Shown here: positions 1-15,230 of the stretch, piece after piece
Position numbering within the stretch: the stretch's first letter is position 1
Layout: each line of letters starts with the position of its first letter
NCBI GenBank assembly: GCA_951406725.2
Contig: OX597818.1
Location: forward strand, 12,462,001-12,526,000
Source of the DNA: Octopus vulgaris
Taxonomy: Eukaryota
Direction: 5' to 3'
Length of the DNA: 64,000 nucleotides
Notes under the pieces: generated by a model
Seen by the model: the letters and a program-made list of their open reading frames with translations, nothing else
Database searches by the model: none
What the model was told of the DNA's origin: nothing
Made by a program: the position numbers and the translations under genes

Positions 1-46
1 AGCATTTCACCCGGTGTGCTAACGTTTCTGCCAGCTCACCGCCTTA
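1..46 (-). mobile_element. 5' (tRNA-like head) end of SINE family A, cut by the window edge
   Basis: Near-identical to the heads of the copies at 9604, 24264 and 41399 (agcatttcacccggtgtgctaacgtttctgccagctcaccgcctt). Confidence 0.8.
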
Positions 47-620
47 TGGGGTGAAAATATTGTATACTTTGTTGTAAAAAGATAACCGTGGCGTGTAGGT
101 TTGCTCCGGTTAACAACAAATGGGACTAATCTATAATTAACAGTTGGTTTATGTCGCTTAGATTAAGTACATGCTTGAGTAATCTACTAGCATAGGAAGA
201 TTAAAAAGCGACTGATTGAACAGCGTACGAGATAAAAGAAGACCGCTTCATAGTCTCCTCACCGGAAGGCGATCCTAAATGAGACATAAATTCCTCAATG
301 TAGTATTTGCAGTATTTACATAAAATTAAAACATAATTGGAAGACAAAAACAATCGATCGCTTTTATAACAGGTAATCACAAATATAAACATAAATATTT
401 TGTTCAAGGATAAATATAAATTATTTTCTCACGGATTATTAAGAGAATTAATATTAAGTAGTACATCGTCATATTTTCCACTGTAGTAACTATCTTTCTT
501 TAGGCAATAGGTATTCATGTTGTTCAAGGACATATGGAACTTATGATAGAGATACCTTTCTGTAAGATGACTAAAGAGGACACGAAGCAGGTTTGTAAAC
601 AGTATCATGCTATTGAGTAA

Positions 621-2825
621 TCTATATATATAAAGAGGAGAATGTGTGTGTGTGTGCGTGCGTGTGTGTGTGTCTGTCTGTGTGAATCCCTAAAACTCGA
701 GAACTACGCAACTGATTTCATTCAAATTTTACACATGCCTTACTTAGGGTTCATGCAGTGTCATGTGCCGCAAAATGTTCAACTTCTTCCCTAATGCGAG
801 CCCAGAGCAATCTCTGATCTCTTACATTATTTCAATAATACGTCTCTATTATAATGTGAGATAATACTTTCAGTTTGAAAGAAGTCTCTCCTATATATAT
901 TCCTTATGCATTCCAAAAACCGAGTTACCGATTTTGAAGTATGAGGTTTCAAAAGATTCAGTACCATTTCGGCTACAAGCTAAATTTAATTTCCATTCAC
1001 ATATTTAAATTAAAAAAAAAATTAACATAATCTTTTCCATAAATCAACTACCGTAAGCATTTTATACGATGACGACGATGATGTCACATTTTCTATATGT
1101 GTGTGTACCTTAAAAGACATCAATCATCACGAGACACACCTTCACGCACGCGCTCTACTTCTCACTCATTTTCTCTCTTTGTCTCTCTCACACACGCGGA
1201 CGCGCGCACACACACGTCCATTTCATATACACGTACATAAATCTTTCAAATTCTCATCTCCTTCACTTTCTTTCTTTCTGTCCTTTTCGCTTTCTCTTCT
1301 TTCAATTACTGCTCTCTTCAAATAAATTTTACGCAATGAGCGGGAGAAACATAAAAAAAGAAAAAGATATAGGCAAGAGAAAGAAACGGAGACAGAAAAC
1401 AAGTTTCTATAGCTGACTGACATAACGAACGGCTGGAGGTGAAACTCTTGACAAAAACAATAAGGTGACAGGTCCAAGGTATATATAAATACACATTTAC
1501 CGTTCAATTGCCAGTTAATAATTATCGCAGCGGTTGCAAGGTTGCAAGGTATTTAAAGTTAGATATTTCCAATTAAATTAACCTATAATAGACGTGCTTA
1601 ATATATATATTAAGAAATTTATCTATATTAATTATTGTGGCACTTACCGTTAAATTAGCAGTTCATACATGTGTTTCTATTTAGTTAATTTATACTGCAT
1701 ACACAAATAAAAACATACTATACACGCACAACTGCTTACAAAATTAGGGATTAATGTATAATTTTTTCTATGTTCATAATTTTTTGTTTTCAATATTGAA
1801 AAAAATATGCCACCAAAGAAAAGACGTAATTTCACCAGAAACAAGTATAAAGCAAGGGGGATTATAGAAAACCTCAATAAAGAAGGGAGATGAGACCTTC
1901 TCAAGTTCAGGAAAGGCATGCTGCTGCACGTCAGATAGAGTCTCAAGAGAGAAGGGGATGAGACTTTCCCAAGATCAGTAGATCAGCAAATGCATGCTGC
2001 AGCACTTAATGGTGGATCATTAAATCAATGTTTTAATGATTAGATAGAGGTCCAATAGAATGGCGCTCAGAAACAGACTACGTACAAATTCTTTCCTCAC
2101 AACTGAAGCTGTTTTCAGATATGGTCCATCCCATTCCTATAAAAATGATAATTGTGTCCATGTTGGTGTGCTGTCGTTTCTGTAGAGGTTTAAAATTTTA
2201 AAATGAAACGAATGGCATGGGCTGCTCAGGCAGTCAGGTAACATTGCCAGTGCTACCAGCTCCTTCTCAACCTCTTATGGATCCTCTAGACGGCACTTCC
2301 ATCCAGTCAAAGGATTTTCTGAACAATATCAGACAATACAACTCTGCATTTCAAATGACATTGTTTACTGCATCTAAGAAGATAGTTAAACATGAATTTA
2401 TGCCGACGTCAAAGTTCAAGGGCAAGTCTATCACCTCATTGGTTCCCTGTTACCCACTAATGAACAACCACAGTTCCTCCAAATTTACTTTATGAGTGAT
2501 GTAAGACAACAAACCCGCAGGAGGTGTCAACATTTTAGATTATTGGTCGTGTTACATACAGCGCCGACAGCTGCAAAAGAGAGTATATCCACTAACAGCT
2601 TTTCGGTGCTTTCAAAAATCACATAATCCCCACCCCCAATTTTCCATGACCGGTTTGGGCCTGAAATACTCCAAACGGACGCATGGCATGTTGCTTAGTC
2701 GAATTAGCCCGTCATTTACTCCACAAATGCTGCACTTTCCCATATCACCTGTTCCAACATATCTGTAATATATTACATACAAACTATGCCATTTTAATCC
2801 TGAGCAACGCCGGGTATTTCTGTTA

Positions 2826-2826
<1 letters not shown>
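621..2826 (+). mobile_element. Helitron deletion derivative with decayed Rep-helicase N-terminal fragments
   Basis: A|TCTATATATATAAA 5' end; 3' end gagcaacgccgggtatttctgTTAG|T (CTAG variant). Starts MPPKKRR at ~1807. ORF 2217..2495 (VTLPVLPAPSQPL...SKDFLNNIRQYNSAFQMT) matches the Helitron Rep N-terminal motif. Same termini recur at 36601..37180. Confidence 0.8.
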
Positions 2827-2886
<60 letters not shown>

Positions 2887-3900
2887 GCTATGCACATAGA
2901 TATGCGCACGCATACTCACACACACACAAACACACTCATACACATACTAAGTGAATGGTATAATGGCACACATATTCCTAAGAAAGCTTTTAGCGGTTTG
3001 CGCGATGTTTTTATGGCCAAGGTCAATGCCAGTGAGCTTTTTGAGCACCTGCAACTGTGGTAGCCGACAGGGAAGAACATCTTAATATCTACTGACCGGG
3101 AATTTGGTCTGTAACCTCCCAACAGAGTAATTTCAGTGAAAGCATCCAAGTGCAAGAGGATGTTCCTTAAACCAGGGAGCGCATTATCTTTTACCACTAA
3201 ATGTCAGACACACTTTATAGGACAAGATTCCACACTGTTTTAGTCTATGCTACATTCTATTTACATGGACTTGCGTAAGCCCCTCGGCTATATTCGAACC
3301 GGTGAACCTGAGAGTGAATAATCCTGGAACTACTTAATCATACTGCTATATAATCGTTCATTATACGTAACGTTTATCGCAGGTAGCCGAAACTATTTTA
3401 CAAGTTTATTTCATGTGGAGCTCGAATGGTGGACTATGGTTGTCAGAGAACTACCAGGCACCACGAGTGCTTTTACAAATGCTAAATGAACAACTACATA
3501 CAGCTGAATGTATATCAATACTGTATGGCTGCTAATCGTAACGCTAAAAGAAAGTGATGTATTGTTAATCTTTTAAGCATTTAAACTTTAAGGACAGAAG
3601 TAGAACCTACGTAACTCATACATAATGGTGGATAGGTACTTATGTATATGTTTCGCGAGAGAACAAATATATAATCGCGCTGTTTACAATGTTTAGCAGC
3701 GACTGAACATACGCATACATTCATATAATATCTAACCAACAATAAACCTCTCACAGTATATATGTATACATCTATATATATATTCACACACAAAAACACA
3801 TACTTCTATATTTTCCGTCCATATATGTATACATACATACATGCATGCATACATAAATACATACATACATTCATACATACATACATACATACATACATAC

Positions 3901-3955
<55 letters not shown>

Positions 3956-4033
3956 ATATGCGTCTTTGTGTGAGTGTGTGTTTGTGTGCGTGTGTGCATG
4001 TGCGTATGTGTGTGTGTGAGTATTTTCCATCCA

Positions 4034-4074
<41 letters not shown>

Positions 4075-4852
4075 CTCTCTCTCTCTCTCTCTCTCAATAT
4101 ATATATATATATATATATATAAATGTGTGTTGTATGTGTGTATGTATGTATGTATGTATGTATGTATGTATGTATGTATGTATGTATGTATGTATGTATG
4201 TATGCATGTATGTATGTATGTATGTATGCTTACTTGCACGCTCATATTTTGAGATCCTCAAGCAAGAGAAAATAAGAAAATTTAAAGTATCAAAACATGT
4301 AGTTTGGTTTTGATTGTTGTGGCTTCAAATGTAAATTTTCGATATTTTCAGTAAGATTACTATTCTGAATATCGGGCTATACGAAATCAATATACCTTTC
4401 ATGCAAAATACCTTTCATGCAAGAAGGAAAACCCTCAGCTCGTTATGTAAGAATAAAACATATACATGTCCACATACATACACAGATCCAGGTTTATTGG
4501 AATGTGTTTATCTAAACATATATGTTATAAAACAGTTTCCTCCATCAGTGAGAAGTACCGTAATATTATATCGAATGTTTCCCTTTATATATATAAATAT
4601 AATCTAGAGATGTTATATTTCAGTGCACTTATACAACATATGCTAAGCATTCATTTACTTCGATATAGCTATACATTTCATACATAGAACAAGAAGAAAC
4701 AAAATAACCGTTTTAATGTAGTAAATGCACACGCAATCTTTAGAATCTTTTGTAGCATTCCTTACGCTATACATCTATCATTCTTTTTGTGATTTCTCAG
4801 TAAAGCTTAGAGTTCGCTCACACGCACACACCCACACCCAGATGCGCGCATG

Positions 4853-4897
<45 letters not shown>

Positions 4898-4922
4898 GTA
4901 TGTATATATATATATTTATATG

Positions 4923-4969
<47 letters not shown>

Positions 4970-6775
4970 ATATTTATGTATATATATATATATATATATA
5001 TATACATAGACATGTACGCAATCTATATCTAAATATCCGAAAACTTTAACCCATTAGTTGTTATTCATGTTGAGGTTATATCGGCCACAGATGTAATTTG
5101 TATTTCTACAAGTAGACTCCATTTGATTTGAGCTTGAAACTCTTGACAGAAAACGTCCATGTGCATGAATATTAGTTAAAAATGAAAAGGAAACTACTGC
5201 AACACACTACCTTAATAGTGTTTCTTAAAAAATAAAAATTCTGCTAGGAAGAGTTGACACTTTCGTTTTATAGAATTCTAATAGTGAAAACCGTCATTCA
5301 AATTCCTGCCGATTTATTCTCTTTTCAACTCGAATCACATGTTTTGCATTGAAATATACATTGCAATGTTTTACTTTATTTGATATTACATAGATATAAG
5401 AGGTAACCATATTTATCGAAATTTTTTGGTACTGAGCACTGTTTTTCATTTCGAAACAAGAAAAAAAATCAATATATGAATTGATACACGCTTTCTTATT
5501 ATAAGTAGAATAGAAAGGAATCATCATAACAGCAAAGTACCACATATTGTGTATTATTGTTTATTTGAAATAAAATATGACATAAAATTAGAGAGAGAAA
5601 AAGTTGCACTACTTAGGTTTTCCCTGAAGTACTTCTTTATGCGTTAATTAAGATTGATATTAATCTGTCTTTCAGTAATACACTTTAACTAGAGAAGAAT
5701 TCAATTCACACTAATTGAACAATAACGGCATAACTTCATTAACTAACATAGCTGATTTATGTTGTTCTACTTTTTCTTATCGATTTTAAATTAAGCTGAG
5801 TCAACTTAGCTTATATACAGTTTAGCAGAAATGTGCTTCCCCTCATCATTACTCTCATCCCACGATTTTGAATCATCCTATATACATTGGTATCTCTACT
5901 TTTAATTACTTAAGAAATATATCAACAATTTCGATTCACTTATACAATATGACAAAAGTTTTATGACAAAGCATGGAAAATACTTATTCTCTCTTAAGTT
6001 GAAATGAGATACTGTGATATTCATTCTTTCCTGAAAGGATTACATAGTGGTAAATGAAGTGAGTTGATTCTATTTACCGATGACATTGTGCTGTTTGCTA
6101 ATATTAGGAAACTGAATATCAAGCCTAAACACAAACATATATCCAAGAGTCTCGTCAATTTTGCAAGTCAGCGCTATGAATTCTGCGAAATTGAAATTAA
6201 ATCTCAAAGAAAAACATATGTACTTAATTACATGCATGAATCGATCTATCGATTCAATCAGCTTGCCGACTAAACTTACACAAACATTGGCGGAACAATC
6301 GCATTACATCCTCTGGCAAATTGTAAACACAACAGATTTGATACAATTGTTTGAGACAGTTGTGTACAGAAGTTGCTCAACCGATAGGAATAATTCATTC
6401 AAAATTTGTCATGAGGTTTTCAAAAGTTGGGATAAAACACCTTACGAGTCGGAACTGAAATCCTCAAAAAGTTCGGAGTTCCGGAAAATTTAGGTGATAC
6501 CAATATCAGCAAAATGTATAACCTTTCTTGAAGTTGTGACTGTTACATCATCGCACGTTTCAAAGATTATATATTTGAAATTCTAGAGCAAGTTAGAGGT
6601 ATTAGATATTTGCGTAACAGGTGATACTGAGGCAGTTAAGCTTCCAAAATCCGACTAGTATGTTGATAATGCCGGTAATGCATCGGATATATTATTCACG
6701 TAAACAGCTGCAGTGCCAATATATCAATAAGATGTTATTTTCCTGTGCGGCATGGCATTTGGCCAAAAGCAATAT

Positions 6776-6850
<75 letters not shown>

Positions 6851-9603
6851 CGTATGAGTATACACATTCATGTAGATTATATTCATACAATTCACCCTCA
6901 AGAAATTAGTTAAGTATCCCCATCAAAACGTCTAGTAAACATACAACTGGCCTCGTAGATTCGTTTGGGCCAAGAAAAAGTACAATGAAATAACAATAAA
7001 AGCTGTCTACTTCTGTGGATGCCTTCAGCTAGTTGATGTGTACATTTCAATCAAAATAGTGTGAAGAAATAACATTTATGATGAGCGACTTTGAAGTCTA
7101 TAAATTGACTTTACCACTTATACATATACCCCTATACCCTTGATCCTCAGAACATTTGAATAAGTGCTTTAGTAATGCTGAAGGAAAGATGGCATATTTA
7201 GGCAAAGAAAACTACCATGCATACTCAGTAAGCATAACAGTGAAAATATGCAAGATTTGAAAAAAAGAAAAAAAATTAAGAAGTAGTACATATTTTGTTA
7301 TTTGATTTCCAATAAAGGAGTGCCTTGTTTCTTAGAAAGTATCTCATTTCTTCATAAGATTGAAAAATCAGTAAAATACACAAATACACAAGAACATCCA
7401 TACACGCACTTAAATACATAAATCATACAAGTTATGTTGCGGTAGTTAGCTTTTTCTTTCAGAGTGTTATTGATATAAGAGTGCAGGGAAAAGTACATAC
7501 TGATAGTCAACTAAAGAGAAGAGAAGATGCAACAAGAGAACTTAGTCTCAATCACAAATATTGTTAAAATAAAGAGTTGATATATGTGTATGGAACAAAG
7601 CATGACGTGTTCGCATAAAGAACTCATATAATCTTAAGATTATTAAACTTTATACTCTTTAACATTTTTGTTAAAAACTTTCTCAATGTTTCATGATTTG
7701 AACACCGTATACTCTCTTGCAATAGTGTTATATGCTTGAAACCAATCAAAATATTTTCTTTTGTTGATAACAGACAATTCAAGAAACGTTACACTGCTTG
7801 GCACCGTCTCAACAATCTGAGAAAAACATATAAATGTTTTTTATATAAATATGTAATCTCGCATCTATCATCGCAAGTGAACTAACATGAAATCACTACA
7901 CACACATACACACACACATATAAACGTGTCTGTGTATGTATATACATATTTGATATACGTGTGTATATACTTGCAGAATTATACGTAGCGAATGCACAGA
8001 TATATTTAATTACTAAACCAATATTAATGCTTATAAATACACCACTTCTAGACTTTTACTCTTCTTAAGTGTCACTCTGTCTTACTGTCACAAATTTTTC
8101 TTTACGTTTCTTTCAACATATTTCAACATATTTTTGTCTCTCTTTCTCACTCTCTATTTTCTAAAAAAACATTTATAACTTTGTGTAGTTTATTCCTTTT
8201 TATTCGTATATTTTCTACCCTGTCGTATCACATTCTCACTTACTCACATACCTTCGTAAATTGTCCGTCTTTGGTGGTTGTAAAGTACTTTAGCATGTTG
8301 ATAAAATAAGTTCAGTTTGCATGGGATTTTATCCCTTAAGTGCATTAGAAGTTATTTTGAATAAAATGGCTGGTTTTAATGAGCACAGTAGTCCAAACAT
8401 TTTAGTATTAGTACGAACTATTTTAAACAAAGACACAAATGAAAATTTTTACAATTACCATCGCAGAAAAGTATGTTAAAATAATTTTACTAGACTGGAT
8501 CAACAAGTTGTAACGTTTTGTTTGATGCGAATCAAATAAAATATATACTTTCGTGCTGTAGAATTATTCCACTGCGTAGCTAAATCCCATCTCTGAGGAG
8601 CAGACAATGGATGTTGATTGTCGGTAGTTTAACGGATGTCTTTGACTTCTAAGTTCTAATTCAGTATCAGGTTTAGCTTTCTCCAATCGTTAATGCAGTA
8701 ATTTTATAACACTAATATTGCTTGTAATGTAAGGAACGTATGGCTGCTATTTCTAGTGTGATGAGGTAGGATGTAGATATAGATGTCTTCTTATTGGCTC
8801 ATAGACTTAAAAGTTAAATAAATATAGAAATGTTCTTATTATATTGCATGTATGCATTAACGAGGGAGTAAATTTCTTGACATTTCTGTATTGAAGCTCG
8901 ATGTAAAATAGTGAAAACCGATTTTTAGCGTCTGAAAATTTGAGGTACGTTTAGAAAGAAGATTTGTAAGAAAACACTAAAGCGTCTACTGGAAAAATAT
9001 TTACTTTGTAACAACAGTACTGTTTATAAACCTTAGTGCTAGTGCTGTTATCGAGATTCTTTGTTGAATCTCTGACCAAACATATTGCTATAACAAAACG
9101 ATTCCTTCCACGTTACTGTTTAAACTGATGAAGCATGTTCTATATAAACAATAGTTCAGTTGCTGATGAAATAGTTAACTCCGCGTGAGTAATGAGCTCT
9201 GATAAGATTATAAGATAAAAATCTTAAATAGTAGAATTCTGTCTGGATAAGAAGAGTAGGGACATTCTTAAGATTCTTTTGCTAACAAGTAAAGAACTGC
9301 ATTAAATTCAGAATAGAAAATGCAAACTTAATATCATTTTACGACTACTATAAATGAATTTCTCTAACGAGTACAACGACACAACTAACATGTTTTAAGG
9401 ATAATTTATCACGTTTTGTTGAAACATCATCATAACGATAAATATTTCGTTAGCTCAAATCAAATTACTATGCCTTGGATAAAACAAAAGTCCAGCACGA
9501 TGCAACTAAATCTATAGAATATCTTCCTATCTTTATCATTATAATTTCTGAATCAAATTTACTGTTGTAAATTCTGAAACTCCATGTGTTATCTAAAGAT
9601 AAA

Positions 9604-9815
9604 TTCTTTTCTACTCTAGGCACAAGGCTCGAAATTTTTAGGGAGGGGGCCAGTCGACTAGATCGACCCCAGTACGCAACTGATACTTAATTTATCGACC
9701 CCGAAAGGATGAAAGGCAAAGTCGACCTCGGTGGAATTTGAACTCAGAACTTAAAGACAGACGAATTATTCGCTAAGCATTTTGCCCGGCGTGCTAACGT
9801 TTCTGCCAGCTCGCC
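9604..9815 (-). mobile_element. tRNA-derived SINE family A (Nin/Deu-domain-like core), tail type 1
   Basis: Minus strand: A-box-like TGGCAGAAACGTTAG, B-box-like GAGTTCAAATTCC, core gcctttcatcctttcggggtcgataaattaagta. Multiple copies in the window. Confidence 0.85.
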
Positions 9816-10126
9816 ACTCATTTGAGATAATGATCGCTCTCCATGCAAAACGAGAAGCAATTAACAATGAATTTACAAAGTAGTAGTAAATTATGATAAA
9901 TTATTAGTAAATTATAGAATATCGTCAATATTTATTGATGTTCCAATGACAATAACATTTAGAAGTAATTGAAACAGCCATTATCTTCACAGATGCACTT
10001 TCCCGACGTTTAATTATAGGAAGATATTATTTGCTTCTTGAATCATAGCGTGATTGACTATTCCACACACATTTGTACTCTAAACGTAATACTTCGGACG
10101 CATCAGCATGACACGATAGCCCTTTC

Positions 10127-10279
<153 letters not shown>

Positions 10280-10968
10280 TTAAGGGGGAATCATTATGCC
10301 AACAAAAAATTAAATAAACGCACGCACTGGTTCAATAAGCATCCACTTATAGCTGTTAATTATAGCGGATAATCACTTTAGAACCTTTCCTTTGCAAACG
10401 GATACATACATCTGTTGGACAACTAAGATAATTGTTCACTGATCCCCCAGGCTTTCATATACAGTATATGTCACACAGTTGCAATGACTATAATGTTACT
10501 CAAACATAATTAGAAATATCCATCTATAATATATCACATGAATTGACGCCAGAATATGAAAGAGCGTACATATGATCTTTACCAAAAGCACTAGCAGAGC
10601 TAGTGAAATAATTTCGGATGAAAAACTAAGTCTTAGTCTACCGATAACATTTTACGTATAACATGGTATTTATTACGCATAAAGTTCCTCGGAACATATA
10701 TATATATACACACATATATATATACACATATATATCATTGCTGTTGTTTTTTGCTGTCAGTAGTCGAATTTGCCTTTCATCCTCTCTAATTCAAGTGCGT
10801 TTAAATTCGGGCTGGGAACGGGTTGAACTCAACATTTCACGCGAAAACATAAAATTTCTGTTCTGTCTTTCAAAGTGGAACACCTTGAACACCTACCCTA
10901 GCTCTAAGGTCTATCAATTACAACTCTGTACATGCACATACACATACATACATACATACATACATACA

Positions 10969-11002
<34 letters not shown>

Positions 11003-12306
11003 CATGTATGCATGGGTGCATATATATGTATGTGGGTGTATATATATATGTGTGTGTGTGTAACGTATATATGTACATATGCATGTCTGTCTGTGTGCAA
11101 GTGTGTTTATTTGTGTGTATATCATTTCGAAATATATAGCATCTCAGCAAACCGACGAATGTATAATTTGAACGAAAATCCTTTGTGTGATATTTGGTTT
11201 CCCAAGTTACATAAACTCTCCCTTATCCATCCAATTAATTCATAAACGCTACCCGCAGGTGAGTATGACTTTACTATGATTTCACTAAATGTTTCAGGTG
11301 TCTATGTAGTCGCAAACTAGCACAAACGCCCTCTCGGCCTTTCCACCGTTTGACTGTGCAAAACTTCGAAGATATGAAAACTGCATGGAGGGACGGCGGT
11401 ATCAACACTAATTTCGTAGTCATTTTCATCTGAATAAACTGGGGTAACTTGAAAAAGCTGTTTTCTCTAGGACACAACACATCTCCCAGTCTACGGATTG
11501 AAAGCATAGTTTTATGATCGTGAGGCTACGCACTTAAATCCCTCATCAGTATGGCCCCCGTAACGGTAGTGAGCCTGTGAGGGGCTCCCTAGCGTCCCGA
11601 TAGTCTGTCTTTTACAAAGTACGATAAAAATATTTCCTTTCGAGAATTTGTTTTGAAGACAATGACTTTGATATTATGAATGATAGTGAAAACGTCTTGT
11701 CTGAAGAATTTTGATATTTCTAACTGGGGCCAACACTAATATCTGGAGCTCTACCTCAATATTTAATCCAAGACTAACATACGTGATGAACAATCCTTAT
11801 TTGGAAGAATCTCCTAGATTCTCGGACTATTTTCACTTGAATCAATTAAAATATTCCAAATATCAACTGCAACATTTTTACTTGACCTCGGATCTTCGAA
11901 AATACAGAAAACGAAAACACGGGGAAAAATACATTTGGCACACTGGCTCTCACTTCCAGAAGAAATATTCGATTATGTTATTATTCCCTAAGAAATGTTG
12001 TTTATAAGAATTATGAGACGCTGGATGATGACAAAAATTCTCATGAAGCGATATTTGAGCAAAAAACCAAAATGGCAGGATTTGAACATCTCAAAACTTT
12101 GGCTTCAATTTTCTACTGCCAGATAATAGTTCAAGAGTTTTACATAATTTACATACATACATATATGTATTATACACACACACACACACGCACATACACG
12201 TATAACTTTACATAATATATCTACATGCATACATTCATACATACATACATACAAACATACATACATACATATATATTTATGTATGTATATATATATATAT
12301 ATATAT

Positions 12307-12337
<31 letters not shown>

Positions 12338-12349
12338 TATAGATATAAT

Positions 12350-12564
12350 TTTTATTCTTTTACTTGATTCAGTCATTTGAATGCGGCCATACTGGAGAAT
12401 CACCTTTGTTCAAACAAATCGACGCCAGGGCTTATTTTTGTAAGCTTAGTACTTATGCTATCGGGATCTTTTGACGAACCGCTACGTTACGGGAACGTAA
12501 AGGAACCAACATCGTTTGTCAAGTGATGCTGGAAGGAAAAACACAGACTCACAAACATATATGT

Positions 12565-12624
<60 letters not shown>

Positions 12625-12750
12625 GGGCTTCTTTTCAGTTTCCGTTTCCGCCCAAGACTCCAGTTGAAGAGATTTGTCGAAGGTGTCACGCACTGGGACT
12701 GAACCCGGAACCATGTGGCTTGGAAGCAAGCTTCTAACAACACAGCCACT
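12350..12750 (-). mobile_element. tRNA-derived SINE family B (CORE-like) with internal (TA)n
   Basis: Minus head agtggctgtgttgttagaagcttgc...GGGTTCAGTCCC (B box). Related pieces at 33830..33885, 48370..48490, 48610..48680 and 52225..52330 (actttgggcaag, CORE-like). Confidence 0.65.
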
Positions 12751-12758
12751 CATATATA

Positions 12759-12808
<50 letters not shown>

Positions 12809-12878
12809 CATATACATACCTACATACACACATGCATAATATTATATAAACATACATTTATAAATATATATATAGTGC

Positions 12879-13960
12879 CATCATCATCATCATTACGGGA
12901 TACGATTTCAGACAGAACCGGAGTTCTCTCCACTGTCCTGTGCATTTCATTTCACTTGGTTTCATGTATGCTCTGGTATCTTCATGTCATCTTCAATCTC
13001 TCTGTACCGGACAATCATCGGTCATCATCTCTATGTTTTAGTTCAAGGTGAGCCTTGACAATTACCTTCGTTCCACTCATCTCAGTTTCAGTTTGACCTG
13101 GAGGCCTTCGTTCGTCAAAATTGTTGGATATCTAATGATAAGGATGTTTCTGTGGTTTGTCTCAGCTAACAAAATATTTGCGCGTGTTAACCATGCCCTA
13201 GTACCATATTGCAGGACGGATTTGACGTTACTATTAAAAAATCTGCAATTCAATCCATTTAAACGGAGCCTTTGCTTTGCATTTGTTTCATTTTACTAAG
13301 TCGTGTTTCGGCATCCTTCTCTGTAACATGAGACGTGAACAATACGCGTCCTCGATAATAAGGCATTTCACTTTGTTCAACATGTGATTTTCGACTTTGA
13401 GAGTGGCAGGTTAATCGTTTTGAGTTTTCATAATTTGTGTTTTTTCAATGCTAGATATTTCTTCGGTTTTCATTGCTCACCTTGCTAGCCTGTACTTATT
13501 CTGCATGTCTTAAACAGTCTGGAATATGAGGCAAATTGGCGTCCACAAAGGTACAGTAACATATGCTCATCTGCCTATCGTATGCCCACTCTTACGGCAT
13601 GTTTACTTTGAAGTATCATCCATTCAATCTTGACCAATATCATCGGCGATAGAAGACGCTCTATTTTAGAGCAGTCTTTACTTTTAAAAGCTTTCGATAA
13701 TCTTCCATTGTGCATTAGAACGATATCATTGAATGGCTGCTGAAGGGTATGAATCAAGGTGTTGCGGATCCTGTAGTGACAATATAGATGTCAAATGACT
13801 TTACTATCAAATCTTGCAGAAAGTTATTCTGAAACTGATGAAATTGAGAATGTGAGGGAGGTATCATTCTTACAAGTGCTCGGGATCTAAGTGTAAAATT
13901 CTTGTTGATGCAAGAATTTGGGCTAAAGCTTCTCGGTTTGCACATAACATGTGAACTACA
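12879..13960 (-). mobile_element. Decayed RTE-like LINE, 3' part
   Basis: Minus-strand (TGA)n tail at ~12879; remnant VKSVLQYGTRAW resembles RTE 'VLLYGxExW'; many stops and frameshifts. Confidence 0.5.
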
Positions 13961-14689
13961 GCGTGTTTTAGTCTCTCTAAGATGATCCTTGAGAGCTCCT
14001 TACAGTATGCTAAGAGAAACATAACACACCAGCTTTTGACTAAAAAAAAAAATTATTAGTTTTACCGGATATTTTTGTTTTCGTTCTGCAGGTACTTTGC
14101 CTTCCTTTCATATCTTCTATAGTAAGAATCCTAGCAAATCGGTGGTAGTATCGGTATCCGTTCTCAGGGCTTTGAAGTCATCCTATGTGATCCCGTTGCT
14201 TTTACTTCTTTCAGCATCTTTATGGCTTTTCAGAACTGGTCCTCCGTGTACTCTCCGACGTTTAAATTTAGTTCGGAGGCCGCTGGTAAAATATCTGGTT
14301 TGTATGTGGGGTGGTATTGTTGAGCTGTTTATGTACATGTTAATCCTATCTTTGCCTCTGTTCAGATTCCTTCGTTATTCGTTGTGATGTGTCATTCACT
14401 GGCTTGGTTCTTGACATTTTCCAGCAAATGGTATTTTTCAGTGTCCTTTTCGTGTTGCTTCCTTTACCTCGTCATAGCCAGTTTCTTTTCCTTATTCTGT
14501 ATGTCAAAAGAGAACCATCTTTCATTTTTCTTCTTCGGCGCACATTTATTTATAGAATTTATTTATTAATCTCTCCGTGTTCATCTATTATTGCTACGTT
14601 GTCCGTGCATACTCTATCACTTTAAACCAAGTCTTTTTGTTTTGACATAAGCTACAAAGCTGGTCTTCTTTCCTTCTTTTTCAGGTTTT

Positions 14690-15230
14690 AATGCGCATAT
14701 AGCGTGATTTGTCATTCGTATCGTCAAACTTTCTGCTATATTTCACTTACATATGCACATATATACTTACAATAAGGAAATACGCCATTGTTTGCTGTTT
14801 GCTTTCAGGAGCACAAGCGATATACAAAACGGCATATGACAGGCCAACCTGTCGCCACTTACTTAACAAAACGTGTCCTTCCGTTCTATATTTATCAGTA
14901 TGATGCATCTACATCCATGATAGATATGCATACTCGACGAAACACCTTTACCGTCTACTTCTGCACCTTCTTTGAGTTCAGTGATCTCAATCTTATTTCT
15001 CAGCTCTCCTCTCGTTTCAATTTTTCCACCTTCACCCATCTTCCTCCTGATTTCAGTTGTCTTTCCTTTTCCTTGCCTCAATTACAGCTTCTCAGAGGAT
15101 AGAAAACTATCTTTTATTTTCTTTTCCACAAGTCACCTTTAAGCTTGAAGAAGAACACTGTCCGAAACGTTGCATACTCCAGAAATTGCGGCACCTTCAC
15201 TGTACACTTTCTGTTGCTTCAACAGGTATA
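14690..15230 (+). mobile_element. Decayed Penelope-like element 3' end (GIY-YIG relic plus hammerhead-like motif)
   Basis: FAVCFQEHKRY...QPVATYL aligns by eye with LADRFAEHLRD...TPVSRHF of the 56983..58440 ORF; degenerate hammerhead at 15140..15176. Confidence 0.55.

Noticed and set aside
240-275. Hammerhead-like string (CCGGTGA..GAAG), and CTGATGA/CTGAAGA-type hits at ~9125, 11543, 23132, 31275, 37199 and 52552
   Set aside because: Core too degenerate, or stems and GAAA partner missing.
6064-6130. LFTDDIVL, RT-like motif
   Set aside because: Isolated; no other RT motifs recognisable nearby.
9604-9815. tRNA gene
   Set aside because: A/B boxes belong to a SINE head; no complete cloverleaf.
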